This document shows, piece after piece, positions 11,243 to 20,924 of a stretch of DNA of 64,000 nucleotides (within the stretch, counting starts at the first letter, position 1; each line of letters opens with the position of its first letter). Both the position numbers and the translations under genes were made by a program. The notes below the pieces were generated by a model that was not told the origin of the DNA, did not search any database, and saw only the letters and a program-made list of their open reading frames with translations. The stretch comes from Terriglobia bacterium (GTDB lineage: Bacteria > Acidobacteriota > Terriglobia > JAJPHL01 > JAPKYU01), in NCBI GenBank assembly GCA_965206645.1, contig CBDBKE010000004.1, positions 704,001-768,000 on the forward strand, written 5' to 3'.

Positions 11243-13312
11243 TCACCGCAACCATCGGTCCCACCAGGCAATGACCTGCCGGTACCAGAAGACGCTGCTG
11301 GCCGGCTTTAGGATCCAGTGACCCTCGTCGGGGAAATAGATCATCTTGGAGGGCACCTTCATTCGCTGTAGCGCCGTGTACATCTGCAAGCCCTGGCCGA
11401 TGTCCACCCGGTAGTCGAGCTGGCCGTGGATCACCAATGTGGGAGTCTTGAAATTCTTGACATAGCTACTGGGTGACAGCCGCCGATAAAGTCTCGCGTT
11501 TTCCCACGGCGCGCCGTGGAACTCCCACTCCGGGAACCAAAGCTCCTCCGTCGTGCCGTACATGCTCGGCAGGTCGAAGACGCCGGCGTGGCTCACGATA
11601 CAGCGGAAACGGTCGGTATGGCCCGCGATCCAGTTGGCCATGTAGCCGCCGTAGGAGGCGCCGGTGGCGCCGATGCGTGCAGGGTCCACGTAGGGCAGTT
11701 TTTCAACATACGCAACGCCCTTCATGATGTCCCCGTAGGCGCGGCCGCCCCAGTCAGCATTAATCTGATCCGTGAACTTATGGCCGTAGCCTGTTGGTCC
11801 GCGGCTGTTTACCATCGCCAGTACGTAGCCGGCGGCGGCGAACGTCTGCGCGTTCCACCGAAAACTCCAGCCGTCGCTCCAGGCGCTTTGCGGCCCGCCG
11901 TGCAGCAGGAACACCACCGGATACTTCTGGCTGGGGTCAAAGCCGGGCGGCTTCAACAGCCAGCCGTGTATGGGAGTGTCGTCGGCACCGGCGAAGGTGA
12001 ACGGCTCCGGGACCGAAAGGTGAGTGTCGGCAAGCAGCGGCTCGTTCAGGTTGGTCACCGGCTGTGGCTCGGCGGTGGTGACGTTGCCCGTACCGCTGGG
12101 GACTGGGGCGAGGAATATTTCATCGGGCCGGTTCATACTGTTGCGGGTGAAAACCAGTGTGCCTCCGTCAGACGTGATGCTCAGCTCACCGTTGGTCGCT
12201 CCGGTGACTACCGGGCGCGGTTCTCCGCCAGTCACATTGATGACGAGGATGGGATGGGTGGCCTGATCCGCCGTCCCGAAGTAGATGCGCCGGCTGTCCG
12301 GGGACCAAACCAGAAAGGCAACGGAGCGGTCATAGGTCTCGGTGAGGTCAATGTGACGGCCAGACCTTCGGTCATAGAGCATGAGCCGAAAGCGGTCTGC
12401 TTCGTAGCCGGGACGAATCATCGCCCGGTAGGCAATGTAGCCTCCATCGGGCGAATACACGGTCGTGGCATCCCAGGCAGGATTGGAAGTGAGCTTCCTG
12501 GCTTTGAGCGGCGCGCCGTCTTTCGGGGGGGCCTGGCTCCCGTTTACAGGCACAAGAAAAATGTCCTTGTTGGTGCTCAGAGCCTCCACGGGATCCAAAT
12601 TGGCGGTGTAAGCCACCTCCGCGCCGTCCGGTGAGAAGCTGTATTCATCCGGGCCCCCCAGTGAAAACGGGGGCACGTCGTAATCGCCGTGGGTCAGGTC
12701 AAGCGGCATTCCGCCGCCGGACGCAATCAGAAACAGGTGGCTGCGCTTGTTGTCTTTGTAGGTATTCCAGTGGCGAAACAGCAGTCGGGTAAAACTTTTT
12801 GCCTGCACTGGACCTTTGGACAGCTGTTGCTCGCGCCGACGGTTGCACTCCATGTCAGGACAGTCGGGATAGACGCTGGAAGTGAACAACAGGTGACGGC
12901 CCTTGGGCGACCACAGGACCCCACCGGCACCGCCCGGGACATCCGTCAGCCGGCGGGCTTTGCTTCCGTCGGCGCGCATCAGCCAGATTTGCTGCGAGTC
13001 ATCGCGGTTGCCCAGAAACGCGATGCGCCGGCCGTCGAGGGACCAGCGCGGACGCACGTTCCGTGTGCCCTTGCGAGTGATCTGCCGCGGCTTGCCGCCT
13101 TCAAGCGCGACCACCCAAATCTGGGACGGCTGCGTATTCTTCTCCAGGTCCGGGGTGACCACGGTAAACAGCACCGTGCGTCCGTCGGGCGACACCTGAG
13201 GGTCGGAGATGCGGTGCAGGGCCAGCAGTTGTTCCACGCTGAAGGGCTTTTTCTCTGCGACCAGCGGTGTGGCCGCCAGCAGAACTATGGTCCACAATCG
13301 GACAAATCGCAT
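11243..13312 (-). CDS. S9 family serine peptidase (dipeptidyl aminopeptidase/acylaminoacyl peptidase)
   Basis: Signal peptide, PD40 repeats (SPDG), LHGGPQ, GASYGG nucleophile elbow, DYRV, DEGH. Confidence 0.92.
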   Translation of the reverse strand: MRFVRLWTIVLLAATPLVAEKKPFSVEQLLALHRISDPQVSPDGRTVLFTVVTPDLEKNTQPSQIWVVALEGGKPRQITRKGTRNVRPRWSLDGRRIAFLGNRDDSQQIWLMRADGSKARRLTDVPGGAGGVLWSPKGRHLLFTSSVYPDCPDMECNRRREQQLSKGPVQAKSFTRLLFRHWNTYKDNKRSHLFLIASGGGMPLDLTHGDYDVPPFSLGGPDEYSFSPDGAEVAYTANLDPVEALSTNKDIFLVPVNGSQAPPKDGAPLKARKLTSNPAWDATTVYSPDGGYIAYRAMIRPGYEADRFRLMLYDRRSGRHIDLTETYDRSVAFLVWSPDSRRIYFGTADQATHPILVINVTGGEPRPVVTGATNGELSITSDGGTLVFTRNSMNRPDEIFLAPVPSGTGNVTTAEPQPVTNLNEPLLADTHLSVPEPFTFAGADDTPIHGWLLKPPGFDPSQKYPVVFLLHGGPQSAWSDGWSFRWNAQTFAAAGYVLAMVNSRGPTGYGHKFTDQINADWGGRAYGDIMKGVAYVEKLPYVDPARIGATGASYGGYMANWIAGHTDRFRCIVSHAGVFDLPSMYGTTEELWFPEWEFHGAPWENARLYRRLSPSSYVKNFKTPTLVIHGQLDYRVDIGQGLQMYTALQRMKVPSKMIYFPDEGHWILKPASSVFWYRQVIAWWDRWLR

Positions 13313-13424
13313 GGGCCTCTTCTATCACAAACACGGCACAAACAAGGTGCCGGAGGGCAAAGCGCGCGGGAACCTGTTGGCTATGGCCGCACTGCGTGGG
13401 CTATACTAGGGCAGAGCTGTCGCC

Positions 13425-13518
13425 GGAGAGGTGGCCGAGAGGCTGAAGGCGGCGGTTTGCTAAACCGTTATAGGGGCCTAAACCTCTATCGAGGGTTCGA
13501 ATCCCTCCCTCTCCGCCA
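13425..13518 (+). tRNA. tRNA-Ser(GCT)
   Basis: GGAGAGG/CCTCTCC acceptor stem plus GCCA, anticodon arm GCGGT-TTGCTAA-ACCGT, long variable arm, GGTTCGAATCC T-loop. Confidence 0.96.
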
Positions 13519-13687
13519 GCAACAACTTAAGCGACATCTAGGGCGACCTGGAGTCTCAGGATGCGCCCTAAGTGCCAATCTTTTGCCAAATCTCAATCTC
13601 TTGCCAAATCCAGGTTGAGATCCGGCCACTGTAAGACCAGAATGGCTCTCAAGCGATGCTCTCTGTTCAGATGACTACGGCTTAGAC

Positions 13688-15376
13688 ATGCCAACTCTGC
13701 ATCTGTGGCGTTTCCTGGCTTTCCTTCTCCTTTTCGCGGGGTGCTCAAGGGCACCGGACTACGATGTGATTATCCGTAACGGCACGCTCTATGACGGCAG
13801 TGGCCAAGCTCCTATCGTGGGTGATGTGGGAATCAAGGGCGACACGATCGTGGGGATCGGATCGCTGAAAGAGGCCCGTGGACGAACGGAGATCGATGCC
13901 ACCGGCCTGGCCGTCGCGCCTGGCTTTATCAACATGCTCAGTTGGGCGGTCGATTCGCTGATTGCGGATGGTCGTTCGCAAGGGGACATTAGACAAGGGG
14001 TGACTCTAGAGGTCTTCGGCGAGGGGAGGTCCGGGGGGCCCTTGAACGCGGAGATGAAGAAGGAGGCACGCGAAAGGCAGAGCGATATCCAATACGAGAT
14101 CGAATGGACTACCCTGTCGGACTACCTCAAGTATCTTGTGCGACGGGGCATCTCGACGAATGTCGCGTCCTTTGTGGGAGCGACCACGGTGCGTGTCCAC
14201 GTCATCGGCTACGAACACCGGAAGCCGACCTCGGCCGAACTCGACCGGATGTGCCAACTGGTACGCCAGGCGATGGAAGAGGGCGCCCTTGGTGTCGGGT
14301 CTTCGCTCATCTACGCGCCTGCTTTCTACGCCGACACGGACGAACTGATCGCGCTGGCTAAGGTGGCCGCTGAATACGACGGCATGTATGTCTCGCACAT
14401 ACGAAGCGAAGGCAATCGCTTGCTGGAAGCGGTCGATGAGGCGATCGCGATTGCCCGAGAGGCCGGGATCCGGGCCGAGATTTACCATCTCAAAGCGGCC
14501 GGCCGTTCAAACTGGGACAAGATGGACAAAGTGATCGAGAAGATTGAGGCTGCCCGCGCGCAAGGGCTGCAGATGACAGCGGACATGTACACCTACACTG
14601 CCGGTCGCACCGGACTCAACGCCGCCATGCCTCTCTGGGTGCAGGAAGGAGGCCACCGGGCATGGGTCGAGCGGCTGAAGGATCCTGCCATTCGGAAGCG
14701 GGTGAAGCGAGAGATGTCCACACCCACCGACAAGTGGGAAAACCTCTACCTCGCCGCAGGCTCTCCGGACAACATCTTGCTCATCGGTTTCAAGAGCGAA
14801 GCCCTGAAGCCGCTGACCGGCAAGACGCTGGCCGAGGTGGCGAGCATGCGCGGAAAGTCACCGGAAGAAACCGCAATGGACCTCGTCATTGAGGACGACA
14901 GTCGCGTCATCACCATCTACTTTCTGATGTCCGAGGATAACGTCCGCAAGCAGATCAAGCTTCCTTGGGTAAGCTTCGGCTCAGACGATCCCTCGATGGC
15001 TCCCGAAGGAATCTTCCTGAGATCCAACCCGCATCCCCGAGCGTACGGCACTTTTGCGCGGCTCCTGGGCAAATACGTCCGTGACGAGAAGGTTATCCCA
15101 TTAGAGGAAGCGATTCGGCGACTGACCTCTTTGACGGCAACAAACTTGAAGATCCAACGGCGCGGCAGGCTGATTGCTGGACACTTTGCTGACGTGGTTG
15201 TCTTCGACTCGGCGAAGATTCAGGATCATGCAACCTTCGAAAAGCCCCACCAGTACTCTACCGGGGTGGTGCACGTTTTCGTCAACGGCACCCAGGTTTT
15301 GAAGGATGGCGAACACACTGGTGCCACACCCGGCCGGGTGGTGTTCGGCCCCGGCGCTCCCTCACCTCTGCAGTGA
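13688..15376 (+). CDS. N-acyl-D-amino-acid deacylase (D-aminoacylase), lipoprotein
   Basis: Lipobox FAGC; APGFINML, SHIRSE, YHLK, FGSD, PHPRAYGTFAR. Confidence 0.9.
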   Translation: MPTLHLWRFLAFLLLFAGCSRAPDYDVIIRNGTLYDGSGQAPIVGDVGIKGDTIVGIGSLKEARGRTEIDATGLAVAPGFINMLSWAVDSLIADGRSQGDIRQGVTLEVFGEGRSGGPLNAEMKKEARERQSDIQYEIEWTTLSDYLKYLVRRGISTNVASFVGATTVRVHVIGYEHRKPTSAELDRMCQLVRQAMEEGALGVGSSLIYAPAFYADTDELIALAKVAAEYDGMYVSHIRSEGNRLLEAVDEAIAIAREAGIRAEIYHLKAAGRSNWDKMDKVIEKIEAARAQGLQMTADMYTYTAGRTGLNAAMPLWVQEGGHRAWVERLKDPAIRKRVKREMSTPTDKWENLYLAAGSPDNILLIGFKSEALKPLTGKTLAEVASMRGKSPEETAMDLVIEDDSRVITIYFLMSEDNVRKQIKLPWVSFGSDDPSMAPEGIFLRSNPHPRAYGTFARLLGKYVRDEKVIPLEEAIRRLTSLTATNLKIQRRGRLIAGHFADVVVFDSAKIQDHATFEKPHQYSTGVVHVFVNGTQVLKDGEHTGATPGRVVFGPGAPSPLQ

Positions 15377-15509
15377 AAGGTCCGGAGGAACTCCGGGCAC
15401 TTCCTTCCAGCTAGTGCGGCGCTCGGCCCACGAAGCAGTGGAGACGTACCGGCGGCTGGGCGATTGAAGTGGTCGAAAGCATCAAGCTGGCCATCCGGGC
15501 CGAAAAATC

Positions 15510-15537
15510 AGTAAACACTAGCCCGTTAGTGGCGACC
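15510..15537 (+). other. 28-bp putative recombination site, L form (copy A)
   Basis: AGTAAACACTA-GCCCGT-TAGTGGCGACC followed by TATCTGGCA; matches five other copies in the window. Confidence 0.6.
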
Positions 15538-15666
15538 TATCTGGCATTGCGCGGGCATTGCGGCTGACAAGTATGGTATCTCACCAACACGCAAGGTGTT
15601 GAACGTCGTGGCTTGGTTGAGTAGACAACAGCCCGTGAGGCGTGTAAAAAAACGGCTCGGCTCCGC

Positions 15667-17016
15667 CTATCCGATATCCGACAGGTGCTCCAGCTTGCCG
15701 GTCGAGTCACCCAGGGTTTCGGTCGGTATACCCATGCGGTCGAGCATTAAAAGGAACAGATTATTCAGGGGTGTTTTTTCCGGGCACACCATGTGCCGTC
15801 CAGGCTTTAGCGTGTTGCCTGCCCTGCCCGCAAGCAGCACCGGAAGGTCTTCATGCGTGTGCAGGTTGCCGTCCGACAAGCCAGAGCCGTAGACGATCAT
15901 CGAGCTATCGAGCAGTGTTCCTTCGCCATCGCTGACCGATTTCATTTTCCCGAGAAAGTAAGCAAACTGCTCGATGTGGAAGCGGTTGATCTTGCTGATC
16001 TTCCGGATCTTCTCCTGATCCCTTCGGTGGTGACTCAAGCCGTGGTGCACGTCCGAGACCCCGATTTCAGGATAGCTGCGGTTGCTGCCCTCCGGCCCGA
16101 TCATGAAAGTCAGGATGCGAGTCGAGTCCGTCTGGAAAGCGACCGTCGCCAGATCGAATAGGATCTTCACGTGCTCGCTAAACTCGACCGGGACGCCGTG
16201 CGGCTTCTCCAGATCTGCCGGCAATTCCAACTCTTCCTTCTCTGCGGACGAAATCCGCCGCTCGATTTCCCGAATCCCCTCGAGGTATTCCTGAAGCTTG
16301 CGGCGATCCGTCGGTCCCAGCGATCCCTGCAGTCGCTTGGCGTCTTCCCGCACGAAATCTAGAATCGACCGCTCGTGCCGGAGGCGCTGGGCTCGAGCGT
16401 CCAGGGTTTCGTCTGTTCGGACATCTCCAAACAGCCTTTCGAATACCAGCCGTGGATTAATCTCTGGAGGATTCGGCGTAGTGGACGATCGCCAAGACAC
16501 GCTATTCGAGTAAGCACAGCTATACCCGGAGTCGCAGTTGCCGGCCAAACGCCCCGGCTCGGTTCCCAACTCGACCGAGGCAAAACGAGTTTTGCCGCCC
16601 ACCTTTTGGGCCACCACCTGATCGACCGAGATGCCCACCTGGATGTTGGCACCGCTCGTCTTTTTGGGGTGAACGCCGGTCAGGAAGGTCGACCCTGCGC
16701 GGGCATGGTCACCGGGTCCGTCCCCAAGGGAATTCCCTTGGTATTGCGCCAACCCGGTGAGGACAAGCAAGTCCTCCCGGAAAGGCTCAAGCGGCTTGAG
16801 AATTGGTCCAAGGTTGTAGCCAGCTCCGGGCTTTGCGGGCGTCCAATCCTCCATGATCGCGCCGTTGGGGATATAGACGAACGCCATTCGCCGCGGCCTG
16901 CTTTTGCGGAGAAGGGGCGATGCAAAAGCGGGCACCATCGAATCGAGAAACGGCAGAGCGATCATCGTGCCCAAGCCTCGCAGCACGGTCCGTCTCGGGA
17001 TGTGTTTCCCTCTCAT
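15667..17016 (-). CDS. DUF1552 domain protein
   Basis: Tat-like RRTVLRG; PRRMAFVYIPNG, ISVDQV, CDSGYSCAY, HHGLSHH, TLLDSSMIVYGSG. Confidence 0.88.
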   Translation of the reverse strand: MRGKHIPRRTVLRGLGTMIALPFLDSMVPAFASPLLRKSRPRRMAFVYIPNGAIMEDWTPAKPGAGYNLGPILKPLEPFREDLLVLTGLAQYQGNSLGDGPGDHARAGSTFLTGVHPKKTSGANIQVGISVDQVVAQKVGGKTRFASVELGTEPGRLAGNCDSGYSCAYSNSVSWRSSTTPNPPEINPRLVFERLFGDVRTDETLDARAQRLRHERSILDFVREDAKRLQGSLGPTDRRKLQEYLEGIREIERRISSAEKEELELPADLEKPHGVPVEFSEHVKILFDLATVAFQTDSTRILTFMIGPEGSNRSYPEIGVSDVHHGLSHHRRDQEKIRKISKINRFHIEQFAYFLGKMKSVSDGEGTLLDSSMIVYGSGLSDGNLHTHEDLPVLLAGRAGNTLKPGRHMVCPEKTPLNNLFLLMLDRMGIPTETLGDSTGKLEHLSDIG

Positions 17017-17019
17017 GGG

Positions 17020-19617
17020 TCAGTCGCTCCTTTCCTCAAGCCGCATCTGAAAAGGCATGCTCTCGACGATTCCCAGAACCAAGCTCGAGAACCGGTATCC
17101 GTTTCGGGCGATGTCCCTACGGATCTCTTCAATCACCGGCTCATCGTAGCTCTCGAGGCCGCGTCCTAAAGCGTAGGTTAGCACCTTCTCGGTCAAGTTG
17201 CGGGCGAATTGGTCCTGTTGCGCATAGAGCACAGCTCTTAGGCCCGCCGGACCATCAAAGCGTTTTCCGCCCGGTAGCTCACCCGAGGCGTCGATGGGGA
17301 AGTTCCCGTCGGCCGTTCTCCAGCCTCCGATGGCGTTGTAGTTCTCGAGGCCGAACCCGATAGGGTCCATACGGTCATGGCACACCGCACAGCTTGGGGC
17401 AGCCCGGTGCCTCTCCAGCATTTGCCGCAAGGAGGCCCCTTTAGCCACCCTCTGCTCATCCAGTTTGGGAACGTCCCCCGGAGGGTCCGGTGGCCGGTCT
17501 CCAAGAAGGGTCTCCAGCACCCAAAGGCCACGCAGAACCGGCGAGGTGCGCGTGGGATAGGAAGATACCGTCAGCACGCTCGCCTGTGTCAGCACTCCGC
17601 CACGCTGTTCGCCTGAGAGCTGTACCCGGCGGAACCCGGGACCTTCAACCCCCTCGATGCCGTAGTGTTTCGCCAGCCGTTCGTTCAGGAAGGTGTAATC
17701 AGCCTTCAAAAGTTCGAAGATGCTGCGGTCTTCGCGCATGATGTGATCGAAGAAAAGCTCACTCTCGCGCACCATCGCCTCCCGAAGCTCTTCGTCGAAC
17801 TCGGGAAAGGTTTCCGGGTCAGGCTTCGCGAGCGAGACGTTCCGCAGCTGCAGCCACTGCCCAGCGAAATTGTCGACGAACGCTTGAGACTTCTTGTCCC
17901 GGATCATCATCATGACCTGCGCCCGCCGTCCGTCCTTTGTGCGCAGGTCACCACGTGCCGCGGCCTTCAACAGCTCCTCGTCCGGCATACTGCTCCAAAG
18001 GAAATAAGAGAGCCGGGAGGCCAGTTCGAAGTCGTCGATGGGACGAGTGGGGCGCGGTCTCGCAGGGTCAGGGTCGCGCTCGATCCGGAACAGAAACTGT
18101 GGGGAAACCAGGATGGCTTTCAAGGCGAGTTGGATGCCTTGTTCAAAGCTTGCACCCTGCTTTACGGCGTCGTTGGCAAAGCGAGCGTAGCTGCGGACTT
18201 CTTTCTCTGTCACCGGCCGGCGGAAAGCAAGCCTCACCAGGCGTCCTAAGATTCTTTCCGCACAAATTCCCTCGAAGCTGTTGTCCGCCGGCTCACACAC
18301 CATGATCTCGCGGTGACTCTGGCGCAGTGGCGCCGGTTCAGAATTGAACGGGCCTTTGATCTCGATGTAGTCGGCGAACACCATCCTCGCCGCGTTTTTG
18401 TAGTTCGCGCTCCGGTACTCGGTCCAATCAAGCGAGTTCGGATTCCAACGTTCGCCTTCAGGCGTCAAGACTTCCGCATATAATTCCCGCTCACCGGCTT
18501 CGACGCGTACACGGACGGGGTCGGGCTCTTCGTAATCGAGCTTACGCTCGGCACGGTAACTCGCCAGTTTCTCGCCCTCCAATGTGAAAACGACGGCCAG
18601 TGGCGGCGGAGGTGGAAGCGGGGGCGGCGCGGGGTTTTCTTCGAGCCAATCCCGATATTCGACCAGCTTTGACAGCAGCGTCTCGCGTTCGAAGACAAAC
18701 GTCCCGGCGCGTTTGGGAGCATCGAATTTCTCCATGAACTGGATAGCGTGGTCTAGGCTCAGGCAGAATTCTTTCGCCAACATATCGAGGTCGATCGTCT
18801 CCACCTTGAGATCCAACACCTGCTCGATGAGTTCCGGCACTCGGTGCGTCCATTCCGGCCGTCGCTCGGGGACTCTGCGGCGGTCAACGAACCGCAACCG
18901 TAGGTCATACTCCCCCGTTGCAGGAAAAAGATGCCGCACGGCAAGCCTGCCCTCCGGCGAGTAAGGAACTCGCCCCGCAGCCCCAATCTGGCGTTGCTCG
19001 CCCTCCGCTCGCGGAGCGCTGTAGCGGAGCACTTTGGGTTTGACGCGGCGGTCGGCCACGATCGCGCGCCGAACGATCTTGTCGGCGGCAGCCATGTACT
19101 TCTCCATGAGCACTGGAGAAATCGACAAAACATCACCGATGTTGTCGAATCCGTATCCTGTGTCGTCGACAGGGAAATCGTCGGCGGGCCGGAAGTCGAT
19201 TCCCAGCAGGTCCCGCACGGTGTTGTTGTATTCGGCGCGGTTCAGCCGCCGGGCGGTCACACGGCCGGGATTGAGTTGGGTATCTTCGGGCGCCAGGTTG
19301 GCAAGGTTGGCGTCAATCCAGTCGAGAACTGCGGCAACTTCTTCGGGGGCTGGGCGCGGCCGGGGCGACGGTGGCATCATCTTGCGGTCGAGCATCTGCT
19401 TGACACGCCCCCAAACTTTGCCGTCCTGGAGCGCTGACCTCTCGTCCTGGTAGCCGTCGAACGACAGATCCGCCGTTTTCAGCTCGTCGTTGTGGCAGAA
19501 GGTACAGTGAGTCTTGAGGAAGGGCTGAACAGAATCTTTGAAGGTGGAGGTAGCAGCAGTACCGGCGGGCGTCAGTAGCACACAGAAAGCGCTGAACCAA
19601 AGCCAGCTGTGCAACAC
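17020..19617 (-). CDS. DUF1587/1592/1588/1595/1585 (PSD) cytochrome c-like protein
   Basis: CTFCH and CAVCH heme motifs; RRLNRAEYNNTVRDLLG, ELASRLSYFLWSSMPD, TSPVLRG; usual partner of DUF1552. Confidence 0.88.
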   Translation of the reverse strand: MLHSWLWFSAFCVLLTPAGTAATSTFKDSVQPFLKTHCTFCHNDELKTADLSFDGYQDERSALQDGKVWGRVKQMLDRKMMPPSPRPRPAPEEVAAVLDWIDANLANLAPEDTQLNPGRVTARRLNRAEYNNTVRDLLGIDFRPADDFPVDDTGYGFDNIGDVLSISPVLMEKYMAAADKIVRRAIVADRRVKPKVLRYSAPRAEGEQRQIGAAGRVPYSPEGRLAVRHLFPATGEYDLRLRFVDRRRVPERRPEWTHRVPELIEQVLDLKVETIDLDMLAKEFCLSLDHAIQFMEKFDAPKRAGTFVFERETLLSKLVEYRDWLEENPAPPPLPPPPPLAVVFTLEGEKLASYRAERKLDYEEPDPVRVRVEAGERELYAEVLTPEGERWNPNSLDWTEYRSANYKNAARMVFADYIEIKGPFNSEPAPLRQSHREIMVCEPADNSFEGICAERILGRLVRLAFRRPVTEKEVRSYARFANDAVKQGASFEQGIQLALKAILVSPQFLFRIERDPDPARPRPTRPIDDFELASRLSYFLWSSMPDEELLKAAARGDLRTKDGRRAQVMMMIRDKKSQAFVDNFAGQWLQLRNVSLAKPDPETFPEFDEELREAMVRESELFFDHIMREDRSIFELLKADYTFLNERLAKHYGIEGVEGPGFRRVQLSGEQRGGVLTQASVLTVSSYPTRTSPVLRGLWVLETLLGDRPPDPPGDVPKLDEQRVAKGASLRQMLERHRAAPSCAVCHDRMDPIGFGLENYNAIGGWRTADGNFPIDASGELPGGKRFDGPAGLRAVLYAQQDQFARNLTEKVLTYALGRGLESYDEPVIEEIRRDIARNGYRFSSLVLGIVESMPFQMRLEERSD

Positions 19618-19920
19618 AATCTCCCCGTCGACCTATCTATTGCCAGGATAACATCTACGCCAGGATTTCCATTTTGGCCCTGGCACGGCCACAGTATACA
19701 CCCCGCGCTGCCCCGAACCACGTCACCCTGCGCATCACCTCTGCCGGCAGGCGCCAGAGCTCGTGCGTCCGCTCGCAGATGTTGATTGAGCCGCGCAGCT
19801 GGGGCGGTGCTCCGCTAATTTCAGTGAAACGGGGCTGACTCTTAAGCGTTAGACTTGGACGGGGTCCAGCTTTTCCGAATACATCCGGGATTTGCATTAC
19901 GCTCGGTGTTTCCCTGAGGA

Positions 19921-20886
19921 GTGGCGATGAGAAGAACCTGTAGCTTTTTCCTCCTTTTGCTTATCCCTGTCTTCCTCGCTGCGCAGCTTCAGCCAGCGAA
20001 TCCGGCAAAGGGGCAGTCCAACAGGATACGGAACCTGTACGACGCCTTCGGCTACGAGAAGAAAGGAACGGTTCTCGACTGGGGGTTCTCGGTGCTGATT
20101 CAATACCGCGGGATGACCATTCTGTTCGACGCGGGGAGCAATGCCGAAACCCTGGAACGCAACGCCAAAGCGCAGGGTGTGGACCTCCGCAAGGTTGACC
20201 TAGCCGTTCTTTCTCACCGGCATGGCGACCACTCCTCTGGATTCGACTATCTCCTGAAAGTCAATCCTTCCGTGAAGCTCTATCTTCCTAATGACAGAGC
20301 CCTGGGGGCTCCGGTGGAATGGAATTTGCCAAGACTGCCGAAAGAGATCGCCGAGATGCCTCGGGAGCAGTTGTATTTCCGAGGAGAGGAAACCACCTTC
20401 GTCTACACTCCGAGTGGCCGATTCTGGCGCGCCAACGCGGTATTCTTGCCCGAAAGCAAGGAGGTAGCTCCGGGCGTGTTTCTAATTGCCACCACCTCGC
20501 CGCTGCTGGGAAACTTTTCCAAATATCCGCCACACGAACGCGAACCGGCACTCACCGGTTTGCCTGAACTGTCGCTGGCTTTGAGGACCGAGAAGGGGGT
20601 GGTTCTGATAGTTGGCTGCTCACACAGCAAGGTGGAGGAGATCGTCCTGAAGACAAGACGGCACGTTCACCGGAGGGTGGAATTGGTGATGGGCGGCTTT
20701 CATCTTCTGCCATATTCCGCAGAGCACATCACTGAGGTGGCAGCCAAGATGAAGGACGATCTGCGTGTGAACAGAGTCGCGCCGGCACACTGCACCGGCA
20801 ACCTGGCATTCAAGATCTTCCGGCAGGTCTATGGCGACAATTACTCTTACGGTGGTCTTGGCGCCGAGATCCCCTTCGGACCCTAG
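19921..20886 (+). CDS. Secreted MBL-fold metallo-hydrolase
   Basis: DWGFS, LFDAG, LSHRHGDH, VGCSH, GGFHL, PAHCTG. Confidence 0.85.
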   Translation: MAMRRTCSFFLLLLIPVFLAAQLQPANPAKGQSNRIRNLYDAFGYEKKGTVLDWGFSVLIQYRGMTILFDAGSNAETLERNAKAQGVDLRKVDLAVLSHRHGDHSSGFDYLLKVNPSVKLYLPNDRALGAPVEWNLPRLPKEIAEMPREQLYFRGEETTFVYTPSGRFWRANAVFLPESKEVAPGVFLIATTSPLLGNFSKYPPHEREPALTGLPELSLALRTEKGVVLIVGCSHSKVEEIVLKTRRHVHRRVELVMGGFHLLPYSAEHITEVAAKMKDDLRVNRVAPAHCTGNLAFKIFRQVYGDNYSYGGLGAEIPFGP

Positions 20887-20924
20887 CCTTCAGCCACAGG
20901 AGACCCGGCCAGAAGCTCACGGCC

